From an uncultured Aminicenantes bacterium (GTDB taxonomy: Bacteria > Acidobacteriota > Aminicenantia > UBA2199): a DNA stretch of 64,000 nt. This document shows positions 18,102 to 29,235 of this stretch, piece after piece. Made by a program: the position numbers and the translations under genes. The DNA is taken from positions 64,001-128,000 of the forward strand of contig CBDAFS010000015.1 in the NCBI GenBank assembly GCA_965195285.1, read 5' to 3'. The notes below the pieces were generated by a model, which was not told the DNA's origin, did not search any database, and was given only the letters and a program-made list of their open reading frames with translations. How positions within the stretch are numbered: position 1 is the stretch's first letter; every line of letters starts with the position of its first letter.

Positions 18102-19790
18102 TTAATATAATCCCAGGTTATTCAACTGAATAGTGCCTTGGGTATCCGGGTAGGCGATGGCATTGTTGATGGAAATGAAAATAGCATAAATTTTGGACAT
18201 ATCCGGTTTGACTACTGGGCCGTGAATCAAATGAAATTTATGAAAAGGTATGGAATGGTGGTTCCAGTCCGGTTCAACCAGAAAGGAATGCCTGAACCAG
18301 CTTTCTCCCTGCTGGGTTCTGATCCTGAACTCAATCCAGAGGCGGGATGTGTTTTTTCCCCGACTCTGGAAGGCAAATCCCGAATAGTTACTCAGGTCAA
18401 ACCGGTTTCTGGCAGTAAGAGCAGCCCAAAAATCTTTTTGATCGGAGGTTTTTTTCAATTCGTAATCGAAGCGGGTTTGCCAATCCTGTGTAGGCAATTG
18501 TCGGGTGGAAACCGATCCACTGGACATGGAATTGGTCTCAATTGAAAAAAAATCCTCACGATTTACCAACAACTTGCTGATGAGATGTCTCTGGCGGGGC
18601 CGATCCGGATACTCCTTGCCGATATAAAAGGGATTGGTAAGTATCCAGGGGATTTTCCTGAAGCTGTTGTCGCTGACAAAAATCTCTGCCCGGTAAATCC
18701 CCGGGCCTGATATTTTATAGGACAGGTTTTTTTTGAGATTTCGGGTTGTTTTCTGGAAGAGGGTACCGTCTTTTTTTATGACAATATCGGTTTCAAAGTC
18801 AAAAGGCAACCTCAGGTGGATGGTCCCTTCGGTTGTCCCGGTGGATTCACCCATTTCAAGCATATCTCCTGTTGAATTGGCAAAATAAATTTTAAAACCA
18901 TTGGCCGGTGCAATGGCTTCCACCACATTGAAAAAATGGCCTTGTTTAATGGCCTTAGTGATGATGGAAGCAGATTGGTGGGGATCCTGGCTGAGATTAC
19001 GATCGATTTTAACATAGGTGTTGAATATTTCAAACATGGACTGGTAAGAGGGGAAATGCAATTTGATGTTCCGAGAAATAGGCAGAACTGCATGGGCATC
19101 GCAGGCATAAATGGCCAAATATTTTCCACTTTGACTCAGTGAATCCCAGAAATCAATGTGCCTCTGCGGGTAATACAGGGTTTTTAGCAGGGCATAGCGT
19201 TTATTGAATAAATATTGAAGCGGGAATGTTAACAATTTGAACCATCCCCTCTTCCGGGCAAAACTGTAAGAATTGAATACTTCAATGCCGCTGAACTCAT
19301 GAATATCCCAATCAGTCCAGGGAATCTTGTCGTCGAAGGGATGGGATATAAAGCTGACTCCTTGATCCCGGTTGATATCATCAATGGCCTCCTGCGGTTC
19401 GGGGGGGAAGTGATAATTGGGGACTTTGAAGCCAAAAACCGCCAGATGGCCCGAATTTAACGAGAGTTCTGATCCTCCGATGAGCAACACATCGTTCATC
19501 CATGATGTGGATTTCGAACACATTAGGTTGGGTTCGCCATGGTCGGTTAGAATGATAAAATCCTGTTTCGCTTGTTTGGCAGCCCGGGTTATTTCATCCA
19601 CTGAACCTTTGCCATCTGAAAAATTGGAATGGACATGATAAACACCCTTAACATATCCGGAAGACATGGGAAGGGTATTGATTTCCTGGTGATAAAAAAG
19701 TGGAGGTAAAACAATTATTAATAAGAATATAATAACCAGGTAAAGCCCGTAGCGGAGAAGTTTCTTGCCTTTTTCTTTTGGCTGGTCCAT
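18102..19790 (-). CDS. Membrane-anchored PHP-family metallohydrolase with C-terminal CIA30/CBM11-like domain
   Basis: HVHSNFSDG, LTDH, SHP, IEVFN and DAH. C-terminus has DLSNYSGFAF..RG and W....IPF..F. Confidence 0.7.
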   Translation of the reverse strand: MDQPKEKGKKLLRYGLYLVIIFLLIIVLPPLFYHQEINTLPMSSGYVKGVYHVHSNFSDGKGSVDEITRAAKQAKQDFIILTDHGEPNLMCSKSTSWMNDVLLIGGSELSLNSGHLAVFGFKVPNYHFPPEPQEAIDDINRDQGVSFISHPFDDKIPWTDWDIHEFSGIEVFNSYSFARKRGWFKLLTFPLQYLFNKRYALLKTLYYPQRHIDFWDSLSQSGKYLAIYACDAHAVLPISRNIKLHFPSYQSMFEIFNTYVKIDRNLSQDPHQSASIITKAIKQGHFFNVVEAIAPANGFKIYFANSTGDMLEMGESTGTTEGTIHLRLPFDFETDIVIKKDGTLFQKTTRNLKKNLSYKISGPGIYRAEIFVSDNSFRKIPWILTNPFYIGKEYPDRPRQRHLISKLLVNREDFFSIETNSMSSGSVSTRQLPTQDWQTRFDYELKKTSDQKDFWAALTARNRFDLSNYSGFAFQSRGKNTSRLWIEFRIRTQQGESWFRHSFLVEPDWNHHSIPFHKFHLIHGPVVKPDMSKIYAIFISINNAIAYPDTQGTIQLNNLGLY

Positions 19791-20037
19791 TTTATCAGTT
19801 TAAAAAAAAATAAATCGGATAACTTATTATTATATCATCAGCCCGAAACAAAGTCAAAATTATGGCGGTCTTTAATTGTAAAATGAACCTGGATACAGGT
19901 CCTCGGATCTTGTGGATATGGGACGCTGGAACGGGTACCGGCTTGATTTTTTCAGCAAAATAGGATATAAATCTATTTGAAATTATACCGGTTGGGACTA
20001 TGCGTCATTTCTGAAATTACTACAAAATCAGATCATT

Positions 20038-20892
20038 ATGGATGATTATTATAAAAATTTAACCGACTGCGTTAACCAATCTCTCCTTCAGGGAATTAAT
20101 CCCAGCAAAAATTACCTGGAGGGAGCGGTTTACTATTCACTTTCTGTGAAGGGAAAGCGATTTCGTCCCCTGTTATTTCTCAGCTTGATCGAGGGATTTG
20201 GTCAATCACCCACCCAATACATTGATATTGCCTGTGGAATTGAATATATTCATACCTATTCACTGATTCATGATGACCTGCCAACCATGGACAATGATGA
20301 TTTTCGTCGCGGCATGCCCACAGTACATAAACAGTTTAATGAACCGATTGCACTGCTGGCCGGAGACACACTCCTGACCCTGGCCATTGAAAGGGTTTCC
20401 CAGGCCAATATTTCGGAGCAAAAGACTGTCAGAATTATAAGGATATTGACTTCCTGTATCGGCCTCAGAGGCATGGCAGGCGGGCAGGCAATGGATCTGG
20501 AGTTCAAAGGGGAGAAGGAAAAAATTTTCAGGATTCAACGGATGAAAACAGCTGATTTGATCAGGGGAACACTATTGTCCGCTGCAGAGGTTTTGGATAT
20601 GACCGATGTTCAAAAAAAAGCACTGGATATGGCCGGAGTGTTCATCGGAATTGCATTTCAGATGGCCGATGATTTACTGGATGTTATCGGCGATGAGCAT
20701 GAAGTGGGGAAAAAGCTGCATAAAGATGCACTCAATAAGAGTCCGAATTCCGTGGTTTTTTACGGCAGGGAATTTATCGAGGAAAAAATTGATTTTTTAT
20801 ACCAAAAAACCATGGAAAAATTAAAAGAAATCAAGATTGAATTTCCACCTTTTTTAAATTTAATAAAAAAAATGGCCTACCGGAGCCGATAA
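20038..20892 (+). CDS. ispA: Geranyltranstransferase / farnesyl diphosphate synthase
   Basis: GKRFRP, SLIHDDLPTMDNDDFRRG, GQAMD and FQMADDLLD. Upstream of dxs. Confidence 0.92.
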   Translation: MDDYYKNLTDCVNQSLLQGINPSKNYLEGAVYYSLSVKGKRFRPLLFLSLIEGFGQSPTQYIDIACGIEYIHTYSLIHDDLPTMDNDDFRRGMPTVHKQFNEPIALLAGDTLLTLAIERVSQANISEQKTVRIIRILTSCIGLRGMAGGQAMDLEFKGEKEKIFRIQRMKTADLIRGTLLSAAEVLDMTDVQKKALDMAGVFIGIAFQMADDLLDVIGDEHEVGKKLHKDALNKSPNSVVFYGREFIEEKIDFLYQKTMEKLKEIKIEFPPFLNLIKKMAYRSR

Positions 20893-22808
20893 TGGGGATA
20901 CTGGACAAGGTTAATTTTCCATCTGATCTCAAGAAACTGTCATTTCAGGAATTAGATCGATTATCCGCAGAAATCCGGGATGTCATTATCGATGTGGTAT
21001 CCCGAAGCGGTGGCCATCTGTCATCCAATCTGGGTGTGGTTGATTTGACTTTATCGCTCCATCTGGCTTTCAATACTCCCCGGGACAAAATAATCTGGGA
21101 TGTTGGACATCAGAGCTATACCCATAAAATCATAACCGGAAGAAAGGAAAGTATCTTTACCATCAGACAGAAGGGCGGTCTGGCCGGATATCCGGATATT
21201 CATGAGTCTGAACATGATTGCCTGAATACCGGACATGCGTCAACCTCACTGGCTTTTGCATCGGGTATGGCAGTGGCCAGGGATATGAATAAAAAAGATT
21301 TTCATATCATTGCCGTACTGGGTGACGGGGCGTTAACCGGTGGTATGGCTCTGGAGGCCCTGAGTCACATCGGTCAGGTGAAACAGAGATTGATTATTGT
21401 ATTGAATGACAACAAAATGTCCATCTCTCCGAATGTGGGGGGGATATCCAAGCATTTGAATTATCTGGTTGCCGGCAGGCCCTATATCCGTTTAAAGGAA
21501 ATGCTGCAATCCGTTATGGGTTCCATTCCCGGAATTGGCAAGTCCATGGTTGAAGTGGCCCGGAAGATTGAAGTGTTGATGCGAACCATGATGGTACCCG
21601 GATCATTATTCGATGAACTGGGTGTAAAATATATCGGTCCCATTAATGGTCACAACATCAAGGAGATGATTAAAGAATTTGAAGAGGCCAAAAAGTATGA
21701 TTTTCCGGTCCTGTTGCATGTGGTGACCAAAAAGGGAAAAGGATATCAGCCAGCTGCCGATAATCCGGTATCTTTTCACTCATCGGCTCCTTTTGATATT
21801 CAGAACGGAAAATTCATTAAGCCGGGAAATAAACCTTCTTACTCAAAAATTTTCGGCCAGACGGTCCTGGAGTTGGTCAGGAAGGATAACAAAATTATAG
21901 CCCTTACCGCAGCCATGCCCGAAGGTACGGGTCTGGATATTGTTCAGAAGGAGTTCCCCGATAACTTTTTCGATGTGGGCATTGCCGAGCAATACATGTT
22001 TGATTTTGCCGGTGGGCTTTCGCTGGGAGGAATGAAACCGGTAATTGGAATATATTCCACTTTCATGCAGCGGGCCATTGATCAGATTATTCATGATTTC
22101 ACCTTGATGGATATCCCGGTAGTTGTAGGGATAGATCGGGCCGGTCTGGTCGGCGGCGACGGAAGTACCCATCAGGGCATTTATGATATTGCCATGCTCA
22201 GATCACTACCCAATGTGGTGATGATGGCTCCAAAGGATGAAAATGAACTTCAACATATGATTTATACCGGGACCCGGTTGAACCGGATAGTTTTCATCCG
22301 ATATCCAAAAGAACCGGGGGTGGGAGTGGACCTGGATAAACGGTATAATGAGATCCCTTTTTCCAAAGCTGAAATCATGAGGGATGGCCGGGATGCGGTG
22401 GTTTTTGCGGTGGGTCCGCTGGTATACCAGGTTATAGAGGCTGCGGAGAAGCTGGCCAAGAAGGATCGGATAAATATCACCGTGGTTAATATCCGATATG
22501 TTAAGCCTTTTGACAAGGAATTGATTCTCAAGCTGGTCAGGAAAACCCGCAAGATTATAACCGTTGAGGATGGAATCAAGAACGGTGGATTTGGTTCAAT
22601 GATCCAGGAGTTGCTAATTTCCGAGAGTATAAAAAAATACAACATTTTATCCCTGGGTGTTTCAGAAGGGATTATTGAAGTGGCTTCCCGACAAGAACTA
22701 CTGGAGAAATATCACCTGGATTCGGGGGGTCTGGTCAGAGAAATCAGGAATTTTTTGAAAAAAAATATTATAAACCGAATTTTAAATCCCAATATAGACA
22801 GAAGGTAA
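20892..22808 (+). CDS. dxs: 1-deoxy-D-xylulose-5-phosphate synthase
   Basis: GGHLSSNLG, WDVGHQSY, GDGALTGG, LNDN and DRAGLVGGDGSTH. Confidence 0.97.
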   Translation: MGILDKVNFPSDLKKLSFQELDRLSAEIRDVIIDVVSRSGGHLSSNLGVVDLTLSLHLAFNTPRDKIIWDVGHQSYTHKIITGRKESIFTIRQKGGLAGYPDIHESEHDCLNTGHASTSLAFASGMAVARDMNKKDFHIIAVLGDGALTGGMALEALSHIGQVKQRLIIVLNDNKMSISPNVGGISKHLNYLVAGRPYIRLKEMLQSVMGSIPGIGKSMVEVARKIEVLMRTMMVPGSLFDELGVKYIGPINGHNIKEMIKEFEEAKKYDFPVLLHVVTKKGKGYQPAADNPVSFHSSAPFDIQNGKFIKPGNKPSYSKIFGQTVLELVRKDNKIIALTAAMPEGTGLDIVQKEFPDNFFDVGIAEQYMFDFAGGLSLGGMKPVIGIYSTFMQRAIDQIIHDFTLMDIPVVVGIDRAGLVGGDGSTHQGIYDIAMLRSLPNVVMMAPKDENELQHMIYTGTRLNRIVFIRYPKEPGVGVDLDKRYNEIPFSKAEIMRDGRDAVVFAVGPLVYQVIEAAEKLAKKDRINITVVNIRYVKPFDKELILKLVRKTRKIITVEDGIKNGGFGSMIQELLISESIKKYNILSLGVSEGIIEVASRQELLEKYHLDSGGLVREIRNFLKKNIINRILNPNIDRR

Positions 22809-22846
22809 AGACATTTTTATTGGTTGGACCGGGTTTCCCCGGATGA

Positions 22847-24130
22847 TCAATCCGGTATCAATTGTCCGGTTAGCTGAATCAATTCAATTTCCTTTAATTT
22901 GGCTTCGTATTTGGCAGTGGATACATTACTGCGGGAACGAATAAGGTTGATCTGGGCTTCCCGGAACTGGGTAGTGGTTACCTGTCCCAGATTATACAAT
23001 TCTTGGGTTCGCTTGAAATTCAATTCTGCTGCCTCAACATATTGCTTTTGCAGGTCCAGCTCTAGCAAATTGTTCTTGTAGGCTTCATAGACATTAATAA
23101 CCTTTTTTTCAAGAGTCAAGCGCTGGTCACGAACGGTTAATTCCTGGTTTTTCAATTCAATTTTGGCAATTTTTCTCTGCACGACGTTTTTGAAACCGTC
23201 GAAGAGATTTAGCTGGAGATTCAGGCCGATGCGGGTATTTTCTTGGGGATCGTTAAGTGAAATTCCCCAGCCTCCTATACTCTGGTTGAGTCCATAGGAA
23301 GCGGAAAAAACCAGACGCGGATAGAATACCGAACTCGAAATTTTCACATCCAGTTGCAATTGTCTGAGATATTCCAGGGTTGACAAATAAGATGCATTAC
23401 TGGATAGTGCGCGGACTTTCAGGTTTTCCAGTTGCAGATCTGTCTGGAAACTGACTGCGGTTTCCACCCGAAAGGGATGATTTACCTCACGATTCAACAG
23501 TACATTCAGATTACGGCAGGCTTCTTCCCAGAGAAAACGTGTCCGGTTAAGGATTACCTGATCTGCGGCAAAATCCACCTGAGCAGATAAAACCTCAATG
23601 GTTGTAGCCCTTCCGTATAATGAGCGTTTCCGGGCCCGTACCAGGCGCTCTTGAGAAATCTGCAGCATCTCCTCGGAAATAATCATCTGTTCATATGCCG
23701 ATGCAGATGAATAATAGGCTGCACTCACCTCCAATAATATCAGTTCGACTTGGTTGCGGGCCTCCAGATGTCCCAGACGTTTTCCGGACTGTAATTTCTT
23801 CCAGTTGAAGATATTTCCCAGGCCATCAAAAAGGGTATAACTGGCCTGAATCTGGGTGCTGGTGGTGGTGCTGGTTTCTCTCTCATCGAATCCGATGCCA
23901 CCTTCTTGATAGCTGGCATCTCCGCTTAGTTCCAGCTTAGGAAGCAATCCGGCATTGCCGATATGGGCATTGCGGTTGGCAATCAGGATATTATTCCTGG
24001 CCATTCTAATCTTCAAATTTTCCTTCAGGGCAATGGAAAGCGCTCTGGAATAGTTCAAATGATCGACTTCAGCCGGCAGCCAGAGAACCGTTAAACTCAG
24101 TAATATAATCAGGGTCATTGGTTTGTTCAT
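22847..24130 (-). CDS. TolC-family outer membrane efflux protein
   Basis: Signal peptide and OEP repeats (LLPKL, YTLFDG, FYPRL, LNLFDGF). ATGA overlap with the RND gene. Confidence 0.88.
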   Translation of the reverse strand: MNKPMTLIILLSLTVLWLPAEVDHLNYSRALSIALKENLKIRMARNNILIANRNAHIGNAGLLPKLELSGDASYQEGGIGFDERETSTTTSTQIQASYTLFDGLGNIFNWKKLQSGKRLGHLEARNQVELILLEVSAAYYSSASAYEQMIISEEMLQISQERLVRARKRSLYGRATTIEVLSAQVDFAADQVILNRTRFLWEEACRNLNVLLNREVNHPFRVETAVSFQTDLQLENLKVRALSSNASYLSTLEYLRQLQLDVKISSSVFYPRLVFSASYGLNQSIGGWGISLNDPQENTRIGLNLQLNLFDGFKNVVQRKIAKIELKNQELTVRDQRLTLEKKVINVYEAYKNNLLELDLQKQYVEAAELNFKRTQELYNLGQVTTTQFREAQINLIRSRSNVSTAKYEAKLKEIELIQLTGQLIPD

Positions 24131-27100
24131 TTGTCTTCCCCGCAAATAATGTCGGACTGTTCCCTGGCGAAAATTTCTTCACGAATGGCCGGCTCAACAT
24201 CCTCCCGGGTCAGGTTCTTCTTGGAAATCTTTACTGAAAAATAAAAACGGGTGTTGTTTAATAAGGTGAGCATGGAGGGAAGCATCAGCAGGGTTAACAG
24301 CGTAGCGTACAACAACCCATAGGCAACAGAGATGGCCATTGGCGATAGGAATTGGGCCTGGTGACTCTTCTCGAAGATCAGTGGTCCCAGTCCGGCTATG
24401 GTGGTCAGGGAGGTCAGGAGAACCGGGCGAAATCTGGAGAGTCCGGTATCGAAGAGAGCCTCTTTGAATTTTTTCCCCTGCTTGAGCATTCGGTTGAGGG
24501 TACTGACCAGCACCAGTGAATCGTTCACCACTATTCCGGCCAGGGCAATGGCCCCGAACCAGGACAGAATACTAACAATATATCCCTGAATAAAATGTCC
24601 CCAGAGGACACCCACAATACTGAATGGAATCAATATGATTACTACCAGGGTCTGGCTGAAACTTCGAAAAGTGATGACGATTATCAAAAACATCAGGATG
24701 AAAATCGGAGGAGCAATACGTCCGATGGCTTTCATGGTTTTTAAATTTTCACGGCTCTGACCCTCGAACAAGAACTGTATGTCGGGATAACGGACTGCAA
24801 TATCCGGTAGAATATCTTTTTTGATATCGGCAATGGTATCCGGGACTGATTCTTTTGGATTGGTGATGTCCGCCTCCACATTGACCACCCGTTGGCCATC
24901 GATGTGGTTAATCGTCATCACCCCGCGATGGATGGAAAAATCGGCAATTTCGCCCAGAGGGTATTCCTTGTTGCCGGGTAACCGGATCCGCATGTTCTCC
25001 AGTTTTTGAATGGTGGAACGGTCTTTCTGGGTATAACGCACCCAAATCTTGACTTCATCGATTCCACGCAGTATTCTCTGGGCCTCTCCGCCAAAAAAAC
25101 CGGAGCGAACCTGACTGAGAACATCGGCAGTGGTTAAACCCAGGGCATGGGCACTTTCTTTTAATCTAATGTTGACTTCCCTCAATCCCGGGGGATCGTC
25201 ATCCACCACATCCTTTAATTTTTCAATTTTTCTCAATTCCGCTTTGAGGGTTTCTTTGGCTTCCCGCAACTGGCCTAAATTATTGCTGGCCAGGGCAATG
25301 GATATGGGCTTCCCCCACCATCCCCGACCCCCGAATTCTAGTTTCTCCGCACCCGGGATCTTGCCCACCTGTTTCCGGATACGGTTGGTGGCCTTCATGT
25401 GATTCCAATCCCTTAGTTCACTGCTGATCAGGGTGATCGCGAGGTTGCCCTGGTGGGTTCCCGGTCCGATACGGCGAGCGATTGAGAGTATCAAATTCTG
25501 ACGGTCCTGATGTTGTTTTTTATAGATGTCATTAACCTGCCAGACCTTTTGCTCTATTCCGGACAGCAATGTATCGGTGATGGAATCCGGAGTGCCCGCA
25601 GGCATTTCCAGGATCACATCCACATTTCTACGCTCAATGATGGGAAAAAAAGTGGTCTTGATCAAACTTCCCTGGAGGGCACCCAGGGTAATGATAAAGA
25701 GTGCCAGAGGCACTGCAATTCCGATCAATGGATACTGAATCACAAATTTAAGCGCAGGGCCATATACTCTTGTACGAATGGTTTTCAGGGTTTTGTCCGA
25801 TACCCTTTCGATAATATTTTTACGCCGGGTATGATTGCACAGGGCCCGGGAATGGGCAATGTGGGCCGGAAGGATAAAGGTGGCTTCCACCAGTGAGAAT
25901 AAAAGGGTGGCCACCACAACAAAAGCCAGATCGCGGGTTCGGTCTCCCAGGCCGCCTTCAAGGAAGAAAAATGTGGTGAAAATCACCACCGTGGTTAAAA
26001 TGGAAGCCACAACCGAAGGCAGTACTTCAACGGTTCCCTTGACTGCTGCCTGGATCGGCTTTTCGCCCCGTTCGTGATGCTGGTAGATATTTTCCCCGAT
26101 GACGATTCCATCATCAACCAGAATACCCAGAACCAGAATCATACCCAGCAAGGACATAACATTGATAGTCAGATTGTAAAAAGGACCGAATATCAACATG
26201 CCGGCAAAGGAAACCGGAATGGCCAGGGCCACCCAAAAAGACATACGGGTATTCAGGGAAAGGGAAAGGAACAATAAAACCAGAAACATGCCCAGGAGAC
26301 CATTGCTGGAGAGAACGTCAATCCGCTCCTGGATGATTTCCGATCCGTCCCGAACCACATAGGCCTGAACATCCGGGTGGATCTGGTTGTAATTTTTGAT
26401 ATAGGCCTTTACCTGTTTGGTGATATGGAAGAGATCTTCACGGTTGGTGTTCTGTATGGTGACTCGGACTGCCGGATTTCCGTTGTGATAAACCCGGTTG
26501 GGATTTTCTGACCAACGGTCCTTTAAATCCGCCACATCTTTGAGACGGATGATTACACCATCGTCGGTGGCTTTCAGCATATGGTTGGCCAGATCCCGGG
26601 CATAGTATCCCTTGACATTGGCCCGGATCAGCAACTCTTCCTGCTGTCCTTTAATTTTTCCCCCGGTCATACGGATATTGGCTTTCTGAATGGCAGAGAT
26701 GACTTCCTGGAAGGTCAGTCCGTAGGCTCTCAGGTCCTTTTCTCTCAGTGCAATTTCGATTTCTTCGTCAGGGAAGCCGCTGAGGGAAATCTTGGAAATT
26801 CCCTCTTTTGACAACAGGTCTCGCTCCACACGGCGGGACTCTTGTTTTAATCGAGCCAGGCTCACTTTTCCGAACAGAACAAAATCAATAGCAAAGTTTC
26901 GTGTTTCCCGGCGGTAAATAGTTAACCGCTCCATACCGACCGGAAAGGAGCTGACCTGATTAACCGCATTCTTGACATCCTGCAGAACCACATTGACATC
27001 ATACCCGGTTAAAACCGTAATCGTTATCAGACAGGAATTTTCGCTGGAGACCGATGTGACCCGTTCCAGGCCGGTCACTCCTTTCAGGTTGTCCTCGATC

Positions 27101-27300
27101 TTCAAAACAATGGCCTCTTCAATTTCCTCGGGCGCGGCACCGGGATAAGAAGCCTGAATCATAATGATCTTGCTGGGTATAATGGGAAAAAAGGTGGTTT
27201 TCATATTCTTGAATCCCACCCAGCCGAATAGGAACATGGCTACCAGGAGCACATTTCCCAGGATTGGGTATTTAATGAATAGTTGAATGGCCTTTTTCAT
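24127..27300 (-). CDS. RND efflux permease (AcrB/AcrD/AcrF family)
   Basis: YPGAAPEEIE, GILVDDGIVIGENI, GIVVNDSLVLV and RFRPVLLTSLTT. Confidence 0.95.
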   Translation of the reverse strand: MKKAIQLFIKYPILGNVLLVAMFLFGWVGFKNMKTTFFPIIPSKIIMIQASYPGAAPEEIEEAIVLKIEDNLKGVTGLERVTSVSSENSCLITITVLTGYDVNVVLQDVKNAVNQVSSFPVGMERLTIYRRETRNFAIDFVLFGKVSLARLKQESRRVERDLLSKEGISKISLSGFPDEEIEIALREKDLRAYGLTFQEVISAIQKANIRMTGGKIKGQQEELLIRANVKGYYARDLANHMLKATDDGVIIRLKDVADLKDRWSENPNRVYHNGNPAVRVTIQNTNREDLFHITKQVKAYIKNYNQIHPDVQAYVVRDGSEIIQERIDVLSSNGLLGMFLVLLFLSLSLNTRMSFWVALAIPVSFAGMLIFGPFYNLTINVMSLLGMILVLGILVDDGIVIGENIYQHHERGEKPIQAAVKGTVEVLPSVVASILTTVVIFTTFFFLEGGLGDRTRDLAFVVVATLLFSLVEATFILPAHIAHSRALCNHTRRKNIIERVSDKTLKTIRTRVYGPALKFVIQYPLIGIAVPLALFIITLGALQGSLIKTTFFPIIERRNVDVILEMPAGTPDSITDTLLSGIEQKVWQVNDIYKKQHQDRQNLILSIARRIGPGTHQGNLAITLISSELRDWNHMKATNRIRKQVGKIPGAEKLEFGGRGWWGKPISIALASNNLGQLREAKETLKAELRKIEKLKDVVDDDPPGLREVNIRLKESAHALGLTTADVLSQVRSGFFGGEAQRILRGIDEVKIWVRYTQKDRSTIQKLENMRIRLPGNKEYPLGEIADFSIHRGVMTINHIDGQRVVNVEADITNPKESVPDTIADIKKDILPDIAVRYPDIQFLFEGQSRENLKTMKAIGRIAPPIFILMFLIIVITFRSFSQTLVVIILIPFSIVGVLWGHFIQGYIVSILSWFGAIALAGIVVNDSLVLVSTLNRMLKQGKKFKEALFDTGLSRFRPVLLTSLTTIAGLGPLIFEKSHQAQFLSPMAISVAYGLLYATLLTLLMLPSMLTLLNNTRFYFSVKISKKNLTREDVEPAIREEIFAREQSDIICGEDK

Positions 27301-27311
27301 AATAGAATTTC

Positions 27312-28418
27312 CTAATTTTCTGATACCCGAGCACCTTCCCGGGCTTCGACCCAGGTTTCACCCAGTATTCGAGTACCATCTGACAGGCCCCTTACAATCA
27401 CCCGATCACCCATTTCCCCGACAATTTCCACTTTTTTGAGTACCAGCCGGTTATCTTTAACCACATAAACCTGGTCATTGTCTACCATTAAATCCTTGGC
27501 CAGGGTAAAGGCCATGGCAATGGGGGTTCCCCGGGCATGTCCGTTCATATACATACCCTCCTTTAACAGTGGATCTGAAAGATGGATGTAAACCTTTACT
27601 GTCATGGAATTGCGGTCAATTACCCGGTTGATCCGCTGTATTCGACCTTTGAAGTCTCCGTTTACATCCTGGGTTTTCAAGTTGACTGTCTGGCCGACTC
27701 GAATCCGGCTCAGGTCAAAAAGACCGACCGGTGCTTCCAGTTCGTACAACTTGGTATTGGTGAATTCACCCAGTTTCTGACCGATCCTCACCAGGGTACC
27801 GGGATTGATGTTGGACTGAGTCACCAGGCCGGAAAAAGGGGCATTTATGGTATATTTGGCCAGAGTGGCTTCCATGCTTTTAATGTTGTAGAAAGAATTG
27901 AAAATATTACGTGAAGCGATATAATATCGTTCCTTTTCATTGGCGGGTTCCGGAAGCAGCGCTAAAGGTTTATCCAATTGGAATTGCCGTAAGTATTTTT
28001 CCCAGCGTTTGGCACTGGCGGGGAAATCAATGCTTAGATCGGGTAAAAGCAGGGTCAGTTGGTTCAGCAAGCTGCTTTTCTGGGCCAGTACATTGTTGAG
28101 GTATACCTGATCGTCAATCATGATAAGCGTCTCTCCTTTACGAAAGGCGGTACCTTCTCTGAACTGTTTGCCGGTTCTTAGCAGGATTCCCGAGACCTCT
28201 GCATATATCTCCAGTTTGTCATACGCATAGAGGTGGCCGCTGATTTCAATAGGGGCATGGATGTTTTTGTTAACAACTGTGATTAACCTGGGTAAGGTGG
28301 CCTGACTGGCGGAAGGTTTTCGGCGCATGGGTTCCTTCTGATTACTGAGTATATTTCCGATGACAAAACTGATAACAACAATAGCCAGGGCTATTAATCC
28401 GATCCATTTCTTATTCAA
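27312..28418 (-). CDS. RND periplasmic adaptor (membrane fusion protein)
   Basis: N-terminal TM, AEVSG and INAPFSGLV. First gene of the MFP-RND-TolC operon, RBS AGGAGGAG. Confidence 0.9.
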   Translation of the reverse strand: MNKKWIGLIALAIVVISFVIGNILSNQKEPMRRKPSASQATLPRLITVVNKNIHAPIEISGHLYAYDKLEIYAEVSGILLRTGKQFREGTAFRKGETLIMIDDQVYLNNVLAQKSSLLNQLTLLLPDLSIDFPASAKRWEKYLRQFQLDKPLALLPEPANEKERYYIASRNIFNSFYNIKSMEATLAKYTINAPFSGLVTQSNINPGTLVRIGQKLGEFTNTKLYELEAPVGLFDLSRIRVGQTVNLKTQDVNGDFKGRIQRINRVIDRNSMTVKVYIHLSDPLLKEGMYMNGHARGTPIAMAFTLAKDLMVDNDQVYVVKDNRLVLKKVEIVGEMGDRVIVRGLSDGTRILGETWVEAREGARVSEN

Positions 28419-28571
28419 CTTGGCTCCTCCTGTTTTAGATAAAAAACCAATTAAACAAATCTATAAAGGAAATCTTTCAGTTTTTTTTAACGAAACAATT
28501 CTCATTCTATCACATGTTTCTGCCTTAAACAAGAAGTTGAAAAGAGGACCAAATCGCTATGGACACTGGAG

Positions 28572-29171
28572 TCATAAACCCAGTATATCTGTTATCCGTT
28601 TCAATATGGTTTTTAAATCCTGGTTGCCATCTATAATGTGAATGTTTTTCCCGGTAAGAGCCAGATAATTTTTTCTGACCTTTTTCAAAAATTTTTTCTG
28701 CTCAAAAAGCTTTACCCGGGAATTACGGCTCTTTTTTATACGGTTCATACCAATATTTACATCTACATCAATAATAAAGGTGATATCCGGCTCCGGGGCG
28801 AATTCCCGGTTCATCTGAATAATCTCGTCCATGTTCATTCCCCGGGCTCCCTGATAACAGGCGGTTGAATAGTAATAACGATCCAAAATCACGGTTTTGT
28901 TCTGACTGAGGGCCGGCTTAATATTATGGGATACATTGAATTTTCTATCTTTAATGAAATAATTTAGTTCTTCTTCCAGGGGGATACTACTTTTAAACCT
29001 GGATATTTCTCTTATTTTTTTCCCCCAATTGGAATCAGAGGGTTCCCGCAGCCAGGCGACCGGAAGATTTTTTTCTTTCATATAATCAAAAAGCATTTTG
29101 GATACAGTGGTTTTGCCGGAACCGTCAATTCCTTCAAAGACAATTAGTTTGTGTGGTATTATTTCAGACAT
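28572..29171 (-). CDS. tmk: Thymidylate kinase
   Basis: FEGIDGSGKTT, REP, DRYYYST.CYQG and PDITF. Confidence 0.95.
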   Translation of the reverse strand: MSEIIPHKLIVFEGIDGSGKTTVSKMLFDYMKEKNLPVAWLREPSDSNWGKKIREISRFKSSIPLEEELNYFIKDRKFNVSHNIKPALSQNKTVILDRYYYSTACYQGARGMNMDEIIQMNREFAPEPDITFIIDVDVNIGMNRIKKSRNSRVKLFEQKKFLKKVRKNYLALTGKNIHIIDGNQDLKTILKRITDILGL

Positions 29172-29235
29172 TTATTTTATTCATTCAGGATCAAAAATAT
29201 ATCATAATTATCGGTATTAATAAATACGGTAAATA

